From contig CP181291.1 in the NCBI GenBank assembly GCA_052279835.1, positions 1,344,001 to 1,408,000 on the forward strand: 64,000 nt of DNA. The letters are read 5' to 3'. This stretch comes from Microcoleus sp. (GTDB lineage: Bacteria > Cyanobacteriota > Cyanobacteriia > Cyanobacteriales > Microcoleaceae). This document shows positions 56,691 through 64,000 of the stretch, piece by piece (positions within the stretch are counted from its first letter, which is position 1; the number at the start of each line of letters is the position of its first letter). A program made the position numbers and the translations under genes. The notes under the pieces were generated by a model, which was not told the DNA's origin, searched no databases, and was given only the letters and a program-made list of their open reading frames with translations.

Positions 56691-59090
56691 TTATAGGATT
56701 GGTAATTCCACCACAAAATCCACACCACCTGCATTTTGAGACTCGAAGGGAAATTCAAACGGAGATTCCACCCAAAGACGCCCGCCGTGAACTTCAGCAA
56801 TAATTTTATTGCCCAGGGACAGCCCCAAGCCTGTAAATTCGGTAAAAGACTTAGTAGTGAAAAATGGGTCAAATATTCGGCGTTGAATTTCGGGCGGAAT
56901 GCTGGGGCCGTTGTTGGCGATCGATACCGCAATAAATCTGCCTTCTGGATACTCGACTACCTCGGTTTTAACTATAATAATTTGCTCTTGATTGTCGCTG
57001 GTATTCATAGCATCAATAGCATTGCTAATAATACTGGCAAAAACTTGATTTATTTGACCACCATAACACAGCACCAACGGGATATTATTGTACTGCTTAA
57101 CTATAGATATTTTGTTGTCCAGCCGAGAGGCAAACAATACTAGAATATAGTCGATTCCTTCCTGTAAATTGACGTAGGTTTTCTCGGAGTCGTCAGGGGT
57201 AGAAAATTTCTGTAAAGCCAACATAGTGTCGCGAATGCGTCCCGATGCTATTTTTAAGGTATTGATAATTTGTGGCAAATCTTGGCTCACAAAATCTAAG
57301 TCTATTTTTTCTTTTTCTTCCTCAATTTCTCGCACTGATTCTGGATATTTTTCGGAATATAGTTGAATGATTCTGAACAAATCTTGCAGATAATCATTGA
57401 TGTGGAGTAAGTGACCATAAATAAAGTTAATCGGGTTGTTAATTTCCCGCGCAATTCCGGCAGTTAGTTTGCCTAAAATTGTGATTTTTTCCCTTTGCAC
57501 CAAGTGTGATTCGGTTCTTCTGAGTTGGGTTAATACTTCTTCCAATAGCTTGAGTTGTTCTTGAATTTGTCCCTGGCGTTGAGATTGGGAAATGGCGATC
57601 GCCAGAGAGTCTGCAATGGCTTCCAAAAGTTCCACCTCGTCGGGAGTACCAAATTGCCACTGACTACAAGCGAAAAGATACCCCAGGCGATTAGTCTGGG
57701 TGAGCACAGGTACTGCTGCGTACTGACTGTTTTTGAGTCTCAGGTGCTGCGATTCGTGAGATACTAAAGTATCGATATCTGTGACTTTCCTGAGCGTTAC
57801 CGACTCCCCACGTTGGAGTCTGGCGGCTAAATCTCCAGAGGGCCCGGATTCGGCACCAAATACTCCCAATCGGGATGATAAACCTTCTCGGTAATATTCC
57901 GAGCAGAATTCTAACCTGTCTTTTCGGGGATCGTACCAGCCGAAAATTGTGCGATCGAGATCTAGTATACTTCCGAGTTCCTCAACGGTGGTTTTGAGGA
58001 TGCGATCGACATCCAAGGAAGCGCGAGTGCGACTTGTCAAGCGATGGAGGAGAGCTTCTGTGCGAGTGTGGAGGCGATCTTTTGCAAACAATTTTAGTGC
58101 CACAATTGCTGCCATAATAGTTGTGGCTAAAAGTGCGGTGGTGACGGCTGCTAATATATTTAATGGGTACAGTTCTTTTTCGAGGTTTTCTTGGGGAATT
58201 ACTAGGGCGATCGACCATTCCGCCTGTTCTAAAGGAAGATAAACTACATAAACTTTAGCATCGTTAATTTTAGTCAAGGAAATGCCAGTTTTTTGATAAA
58301 CCATCTCTCGGACTATGCTCACCAAATTAGCATCTTTGGAGTCTAATAAACTCCTAGCAGGGAAGTCTGTATTTCCGATTAATCTGGCGTCGGGATGAAC
58401 AATCGGTACTCCTTGAGAATTGAGGACAAAAGCGTAGGTTCCGGCTCCATATTCCAGCTTTCCTACTACTTGGGCTAATCGTTGAATTTTGATGACACCA
58501 TTCATAACTCCGATCGGCTTTTCAATGGTGCGAGAAGTGGGATCGCCTACCTTTGGCCGCACCGGAGCAGAAATGGGAATAATTTGTTGTTTTAGCGTGC
58601 GAGAAATAGTAGGATCGGAAACGTATACTTCCCCAGCCATGGCTTTTTGAAAGTGTCGGCGATCGCTGACATTAGGTGCTGCTCTCCCGACTTTTGTAGT
58701 GAAGTAAGAGCCATCCGGCTCAATTAACGCAAAATGCTCAAATTCTGGCAGTCGATTTACTTCAGATTTTAAATAGGGTTCTGCCACCAACCAATTCATT
58801 GAACGAACGGGGGGAGTGTTAGCAAGAATTTCTATTTCAGCTTTTCTAGTTTCTATCCACCGATCGATTTTATTACTCCGATTTCTTACTTCTAACAAAG
58901 CATTTTGCTCTAAATTTTTGATAATTAAGCGTCTGACACTTTGATAACTCATATAACCAGCGATACTGGCTGCTATAGTCCCCCCTAATATTAGCAGCGC
59001 TGCGATGTATCGAAGACGGTATCCACGGCTAAATCGTGCTGGTAATAGTCGATATAATTTCCAGCACTGCTCTTTCGCAAAGCTTCGCAT
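56691..59090 (-). CDS. Membrane sensor TM-dCache-TM-GAF with degenerate histidine kinase domains
   Basis: dCache (VSDRRHFQKAMAG, YAFVLNSQG..IVHPD), GAF; H-box reads GIAREINNP and G1 reads ANNGPS. Confidence 0.85.
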   Translation of the reverse strand: MRSFAKEQCWKLYRLLPARFSRGYRLRYIAALLILGGTIAASIAGYMSYQSVRRLIIKNLEQNALLEVRNRSNKIDRWIETRKAEIEILANTPPVRSMNWLVAEPYLKSEVNRLPEFEHFALIEPDGSYFTTKVGRAAPNVSDRRHFQKAMAGEVYVSDPTISRTLKQQIIPISAPVRPKVGDPTSRTIEKPIGVMNGVIKIQRLAQVVGKLEYGAGTYAFVLNSQGVPIVHPDARLIGNTDFPARSLLDSKDANLVSIVREMVYQKTGISLTKINDAKVYVVYLPLEQAEWSIALVIPQENLEKELYPLNILAAVTTALLATTIMAAIVALKLFAKDRLHTRTEALLHRLTSRTRASLDVDRILKTTVEELGSILDLDRTIFGWYDPRKDRLEFCSEYYREGLSSRLGVFGAESGPSGDLAARLQRGESVTLRKVTDIDTLVSHESQHLRLKNSQYAAVPVLTQTNRLGYLFACSQWQFGTPDEVELLEAIADSLAIAISQSQRQGQIQEQLKLLEEVLTQLRRTESHLVQREKITILGKLTAGIAREINNPINFIYGHLLHINDYLQDLFRIIQLYSEKYPESVREIEEEKEKIDLDFVSQDLPQIINTLKIASGRIRDTMLALQKFSTPDDSEKTYVNLQEGIDYILVLFASRLDNKISIVKQYNNIPLVLCYGGQINQVFASIISNAIDAMNTSDNQEQIIIVKTEVVEYPEGRFIAVSIANNGPSIPPEIQRRIFDPFFTTKSFTEFTGLGLSLGNKIIAEVHGGRLWVESPFEFPFESQNAGGVDFVVELPIL

Positions 59091-59342
59091 AGTTTGACCA
59101 ATTTGTAAGATTGAAATCTTAGCTCACCTGCGATGCACCCTGAGCCTGCAAGCAGTTTGACACTACTAGCATTTAATAATTGCGGGTTGAAAATTTCCCC
59201 CGCTGGTAAGCTCACCCTGTTAAACAGGAATTATACCATTTTATGTTTTAAATTTTAATTTTTATATTAAAAAATCCTAGTCGATCGGTGTTTTTTTTCC
59301 AGCTAAAAAGATGCAACGAATCAGATGATAAGTCACATCTTC

Positions 59343-59466
59343 GGGGAGCATCCCGATTTTGCATAGGTTAAGGATGACCGCTGTAAATCTCTGGTGATAA
59401 CTAATAAATAGTCTGGTGTCATGCTATAGCCAATACGAATATACTTGCAAAATAGAGATGCACCCC
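59343..59466. mobile_element. MITE-like element (TIR GGGGAGCATCCCGATTTTGCA / TGCAAAATAGAGATGCACCCC)
   Basis: About 21-bp imperfect terminal inverted repeats around a non-coding core. Confidence 0.6.
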
Positions 59467-59529
59467 ATATTCGCGGCTGGTCTATCCACTACATCCCTTA
59501 GCAAAAGCGATAGTCAAAGATTATTTATT

Positions 59530-59994
59530 TTAAAGAACTTTGTGAGTGTGTTCGTGTTGTTTTACATTGTCTTCAGTGCGAACAACGCGCTGGGTATTGA
59601 GAACTCTTTTGCGATCGAGGGAATAGGAAAAGTCGCTACGAACTGTTCCCAAGGGGATGTGAGATTGAGCTTGGGGGCGGATTTTGTAAGTGCGGGCGGC
59701 GGCGATCGCCCGAAAGCCAAATTCTTCGCAAAACTGAGCCGATGTGGGGAATTCTGGCAGCATAGTGGGTGATTCGCCGTCGAGCACTGCTCCCAAAGTT
59801 GTCCCCCAAGCCCTTTGATAGGAGGTGGGAATTCCCTTGACAATTGCCTCCAAAGCTGCTGAGGGGATGGCTTCAATTACTTGTACTTCGAGAACTTCAC
59901 CTTCTTCTTTGACAAAGCAGGTGGCCAAACCCACTACCACGTAGTCGTCGGTAGATAAATCGGGAGCGTTGGGATAAACTGTTGCAGTCGCCAT
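59530..59994 (-). CDS. Conserved cyanobacterial hypothetical protein
   Basis: DDYVVVGLATCF, IPSAALE, AARTY and DNVKQHEHTHKVL; ATG 59994 preferred to avoid overlap. Confidence 0.7.
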   Translation of the reverse strand: MATATVYPNAPDLSTDDYVVVGLATCFVKEEGEVLEVQVIEAIPSAALEAIVKGIPTSYQRAWGTTLGAVLDGESPTMLPEFPTSAQFCEEFGFRAIAAARTYKIRPQAQSHIPLGTVRSDFSYSLDRKRVLNTQRVVRTEDNVKQHEHTHKVL

Positions 59995-60080
59995 AAAAAT
60001 CTTGTGAGTAGGAGTTAAAAACCTGGAGCGAAGGTCAAACCGCTGAGAGTGGATCAGACCTGTGTGTTGATAGTACCACA

Positions 60081-60641
60081 TCAAGCTAGATGCCGGATAA
60101 TTCGGCATGGATTCCCCCCAGCTACGACGTTTGCAGGGATATTTTTAACCACCACACTGCCTGCACCGATCGTGCTACCATCGCCGATAGTGACTCCGGG
60201 GCAAACGATACTACCGCCACCAATCCACACATTATTGCCAATATGAATCTCACTAGCCAGTTCAGAGCCAGAAAGTCTAATTTCCGGGTCAGTGGGGTGG
60301 AAAGCAGTGTAAATTTGCACTTGTGGGCCACACAGTAAATTTTCGCCGATGTTAACTCGATTGCAATCGAGAATCACGCAACCAAAATTCATATATAAGC
60401 CATTTCCAGCATAAATATTACTGCCGTAGTCGCAGTAGAAAGGGGGCTCAATTTTAACTTTCTCGCCGAGGGCACCAAATAATTCGGCGAGAATTTGTAA
60501 GCGTTGGGATGTTTCGTCTTCGCGGGTAGCATTGTAAAGTCTGGTGAGACGGCGAGCTCGCTGGCGCTCACGAGTCAATTCCGCATCATCCGCTAGATAC
60601 AACTCGCCAGCTAGCATTTTCTGTTTTTCGGTTTTTGACAT
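60081..60641 (-). CDS. Sugar (maltose/galactoside) O-acetyltransferase
   Basis: EKQKMLAGELY, PPFYCDYG, and hexapeptide repeats IGNNVWIGG..GVTIGDG..GAGSVV. Confidence 0.9.
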   Translation of the reverse strand: MSKTEKQKMLAGELYLADDAELTRERQRARRLTRLYNATREDETSQRLQILAELFGALGEKVKIEPPFYCDYGSNIYAGNGLYMNFGCVILDCNRVNIGENLLCGPQVQIYTAFHPTDPEIRLSGSELASEIHIGNNVWIGGGSIVCPGVTIGDGSTIGAGSVVVKNIPANVVAGGNPCRIIRHLA

Positions 60642-60662
60642 CGGATTTATGGCTTTTTCAAA

Positions 60663-61331
60663 TCAAGGTTTTGATTGCAAACAAACAGCTAAATCTAAAT
60701 TGGCTAATTGTTCAAAAGCTCGATCGATCGATCCTGTTCCCCTCAAAAAACCTGTGTTCCCACCAGGACAAATATACTGTAAAGTTTCCGGCGAAAAGCG
60801 ATCGATAATGGACTTGACGCTGTTAATTTGTCGGGGCCAGTGAAAAGTTTTTGCCGTTCTCTGCGGTTCCGGTGCACCTTCTCGATTTGGGAGCAAGTGT
60901 CTGCCCGAAAACAGAACTCCGCCACTGCGAGTATCATAAAGACAGGACGAACCGGGAGAATGACCGGGAGTCCAAAATACAAAAGTTCGATCGCTCAGAG
61001 CAAATTCTCGCTCAAAAGCTGTCACTTGCAATCCCGGTAGCAAATAAGCTTCCTGCTCTTGAATCAGGATTTCGCAGCCTGTGGCTTCCTGAATCTCCCG
61101 CACCTTACCCATAGCGCCCCGGTGAGTCAGAAACAACAACCGGACACCGCCATATTCACGTAAAAATGTTTGGTTAATCTCATCCCAAGCCGGACAATCT
61201 ACTAGAATGTTAGTTTGGTTTTCTACAATGAAGTAAGCTGTCCCACCAAGGGTTTCCCGGTTAGGTGGAAAAGCAAAGATATTGTCGAGCACGGGTTTTG
61301 GTTGTTTAGAAGCTAAAGTCTGTTGTTTCAA
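60663..61331 (-). CDS. MBL-fold metallo-hydrolase
   Basis: FPPNRETLGGTAY, LTHRG, TPGHSPGS and FSGRHL motifs; start uncertain. Confidence 0.8.
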   Translation of the reverse strand: MKQQTLASKQPKPVLDNIFAFPPNRETLGGTAYFIVENQTNILVDCPAWDEINQTFLREYGGVRLLFLTHRGAMGKVREIQEATGCEILIQEQEAYLLPGLQVTAFEREFALSDRTFVFWTPGHSPGSSCLYDTRSGGVLFSGRHLLPNREGAPEPQRTAKTFHWPRQINSVKSIIDRFSPETLQYICPGGNTGFLRGTGSIDRAFEQLANLDLAVCLQSKP

Positions 61332-61367
61332 GGAAGTATCATAGTTAATGTGTCTGGAATTAATATT

Positions 61368-62843
61368 ATGTTCTTTTTATGGTTGTTTGTATTGGGACTG
61401 TTCTCATACTTCTTATTGCACAACAGTATCCGTCGCATCACGCGAACTCCGGTATGGCTGCTGTGGCTGGTAATCATGGCACCCGCCCTGATTTGGACTG
61501 GTTGGCTGTTAGTTAACAGCCCTAGCAAAAGTTCACCGCCAGATTGGCTAATTATACCTTTTTTAGTTTGCCCTTTTTTGTACTGGTTTCTGGTACAGTT
61601 GGGGCGTAAGGAAATTACCAGCGAAACCGCCCAAACCACAGTTACTGATGGGACAGAACCTGCCAAATCCCAACAAAAACCTGCTTTACGCCCGATCGAT
61701 CAAAAGGAAGAAGCTAGTTTGCGTGACTGTTTTCCTTGGTCTGTTTACTATTTGCGAGATTTAGAATTTCGGCCCCAGGCTGTAATTTGTCGCGGACAGT
61801 TGCGGACTAACCCGGAAGCGGCTTACCATGCGATTCGGGACAATGTGGAAAAGCATTTTGGCGATCGCTTTTTGGTAGTATTTCAAACAAGTTTCAGCGG
61901 TCAACCCTTTTTTGCCCTCGTCCCTAATCCTGAACGTAAATCTGCCGAAAGTCCTGTTAATAATCAACCTTTGAATCGACCATTTTTTGCTGTAGGTTTG
62001 CTCCTCATCACGCTATTTACCACAACGATAGTCGGTGCACAAATAGCAGGAATTACCGAAAAAGCTGTCCAATCTAATCCGTCAATGTTAATTAAGGGTT
62101 TACCCTATGCGACCGCTTTGATGGTTATTTTGGGGATTCACGAATCGGGACACTATTTAGCAGCAAAATTTCATAAAATTAGAACTACTTTACCCTATTT
62201 TATTCCCGTGCCCTTTTTCTTGGGAACCTTTGGCGCTTTTATTCAAATTCGGAGTCCGATTCCCCACCGTAGAGCTTTATTTGATGTCGGTATTGCGGGG
62301 CCTTTGGCTGGTTTAGTGGCGACAGTGCCGCTTTTAATTTGGGGTTTGTACCACTCGACAATTGTGCCTATTTCTAACAAGTCAGGGATGTTAAATTTTG
62401 ATTCTTTCAATCCCAATTTTTCTTTGATGATGACTCTATTGAGTAAGTTAACCTTGGGTGGCGCTTTAAATTCGGAAACAGCAATTAATTTGCATCCGGT
62501 AGCAGTGGCTGGTTATTTGGGTTTGATCGTGACGGCGTTTAATTTGATGCCGGTGGGACAACTCGACGGCGGGCACATCGTCCACGCTATGTTTGGTCAG
62601 GGGGCAAGTATGGCGATCGGACAATTTGCTAGACTTTCTATGTTGCTGCTGGCTTTTTTGGAACCGGGTTTGTTGTTGTGGGCGGTGATTTTGTTTTTGA
62701 TGCCGCTAAACGATGAACCGGCCTTGAATGATGTGAGCGAATTAAATAATTGGCGTGATGGTTTGGGGTTGGTGGCGATGGGGCTATTATTGGCTATTCT
62801 GTTACCAGCACCTAGGGTATTGATTCAGTGGTTGAATGTTTAG
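61368..62843 (+). CDS. Site-2 protease (M50) family membrane metalloprotease
   Basis: HESGH (HExxH), AGPLAG and NLMPVGQLDGGH motifs; ATG 61368 preferred. Confidence 0.92.
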   Translation: MFFLWLFVLGLFSYFLLHNSIRRITRTPVWLLWLVIMAPALIWTGWLLVNSPSKSSPPDWLIIPFLVCPFLYWFLVQLGRKEITSETAQTTVTDGTEPAKSQQKPALRPIDQKEEASLRDCFPWSVYYLRDLEFRPQAVICRGQLRTNPEAAYHAIRDNVEKHFGDRFLVVFQTSFSGQPFFALVPNPERKSAESPVNNQPLNRPFFAVGLLLITLFTTTIVGAQIAGITEKAVQSNPSMLIKGLPYATALMVILGIHESGHYLAAKFHKIRTTLPYFIPVPFFLGTFGAFIQIRSPIPHRRALFDVGIAGPLAGLVATVPLLIWGLYHSTIVPISNKSGMLNFDSFNPNFSLMMTLLSKLTLGGALNSETAINLHPVAVAGYLGLIVTAFNLMPVGQLDGGHIVHAMFGQGASMAIGQFARLSMLLLAFLEPGLLLWAVILFLMPLNDEPALNDVSELNNWRDGLGLVAMGLLLAILLPAPRVLIQWLNV

Positions 62844-63036
62844 CCGGAATAATCAAGCAGGAAGAAGAGCGAGGTGAAGAACACTTATTAGCCAATTTTT
62901 TAGTGACCGATATCTTACCTTTAATGAGGTTGAATTACTTAACCTTTTTAAGATTTATAATTTTTATAAAATAAATATTCATCAAATTAATATAATGTAT
63001 TTTTATACAAAAAACAAGTAAAACTTTAAATTAATG

Positions 63037-63066
63037 TTGACAGTCTGGGAAGACCTATGCTAGATT
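63037..63066 (+). promoter_or_regulatory. Sigma70-type promoter
   Basis: TTGACA (63037-63042), 18-nt spacer, TAGATT (63061-63066) with an extended -10 TGn; AT-rich upstream. Confidence 0.55.
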
Positions 63067-63371
63067 TTTGTAAGGCTACAGTAAATTTACTGAAGTCCAG
63101 TGCAGCCCTAATGCAGCCCTAAGTGCGATCGACGAGATGGGATAGGTAAACTAATGCAGAAAAACATAATAACTAGAACTCATTACCAGTGAAAGTGCTG
63201 TGTAGATCTAGGTATCGGATTTTATGTTTAATTAGGTGAACGGACTTAGTAGTGAGGTAAATTTAGAAAGTAGATGCAAGGAAATTGGCATTTCAAACTT
63301 AATCAAAGTTACCCTAATCCCCTGGGGTTAGCATCATCACCCCTGCCCTTTAATCAAATTTAAATCTAGCC

Positions 63372-64000
63372 ATGAATCTTTTTCTACTTTCTTCACGGAG
63401 TTTAGTCTCAAGTGTATCCTGGGACCCTGTTTTTGAACTGGAAAATATTGTTTTACAAACCTGCAAAGCGCAACTTTTGATTCCATCGTGTCGCGAGATC
63501 ATCCAGTGGTCTTCATCTAAACTCCATCCATTACCCGATCGCATTCTACGTAAAGTTGTCAAGTCTACTACAGGTTTCTATAAATTGGAACCTTTACCTG
63601 ACTTATCCAACGAGTCCAATGTTTTACTGCTGATAGGTATATCAGGAGCCGATCTGGAACTCCTATCAAGTATACCAAAGTGGAGGCAAAGTTTTGATGT
63701 CGTCATCGCTTATATTTTTGATTCTTGGTGCCCAGAAATTTATTCAAAAAATGTCTATCAATTAGATCATTTATTCGTGGCACTTCCCGAAGTTATAGAT
63801 GAACTTAAGCAAAAATTTGGTATCCCAGTCTCCTTAATCCCCTTTGCGGCGGATGTTCTCACTCAGGGTTCGTGTCAACAGAAGCGTTCCATAGACTTAA
63901 CTAGCTTCGGGCGCATTCCCTCACATTACGATCGTGCTTTTTGCAATAAATTTAATCTACCTGGTTCCGAACAAATTTACTTTAAATCTACGCCCAGAAC
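63372..64000 (+). CDS. Probable glycosyltransferase-related protein, 5' part (runs off the window)
   Basis: Manually read open frame MNLFLLSSRS...FELEN...IAYIFDSW...LDHLFV...IPFAADVL..RSIDLTSFGR, with no stop to the window end; product assignment tentative. Confidence 0.65.
   Translation, partial: MNLFLLSSRSLVSSVSWDPVFELENIVLQTCKAQLLIPSCREIIQWSSSKLHPLPDRILRKVVKSTTGFYKLEPLPDLSNESNVLLLIGISGADLELLSSIPKWRQSFDVVIAYIFDSWCPEIYSKNVYQLDHLFVALPEVIDELKQKFGIPVSLIPFAADVLTQGSCQQKRSIDLTSFGRIPSHYDRAFCNKFNLPGSEQIYFKSTPR

Overview
A 64-kb chromosomal segment of a filamentous cyanobacterium. Evidence for this is the abundant HIP1 GCGATCGC sites, heptamer STRR repeats and psbK; an Oscillatoriales (Microcoleus/Tychonema-like) host is my inference. 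About 50 CDSs are present. Housekeeping genes include comB-like, purS, purQ, zur/furB, comF, cobS, tgt, psbK, mntP and rfbF. There are four histidine-kinase-type proteins, a TPR / triple-glycosyltransferase / GH39 glycan locus, ABC transporter genes, and an NADH-type nitrite reductase nirBD behind an NtcA box. A complete but inactivated IS608-like tnpB-only element, an orphan phage-like adenine MTase and many small REP/MITE-like repeats are also present. The most unusual items are: (1) a stand-alone, signal-peptide-bearing RNase A-like (CdiA-CT type) toxin coupled to a CdiI-type immunity gene, with no delivery module; (2) nirBD in a cyanobacterium; (3) a bacteriophytochrome and a Cache-GAF kinase that both lack the phospho-acceptor His; (4) a HEAT protein that looks like a NACHT protein without its NTPase; (5) a structured mntP leader that is not a canonical yybP-ykoY riboswitch; (6) several decayed genes (sugar ABC permease, cytochrome b, SPFH remnant, tnpB). 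No rRNA, tRNA or CRISPR array was recognised. All family assignments come from motif recognition by eye; no database searches were run.
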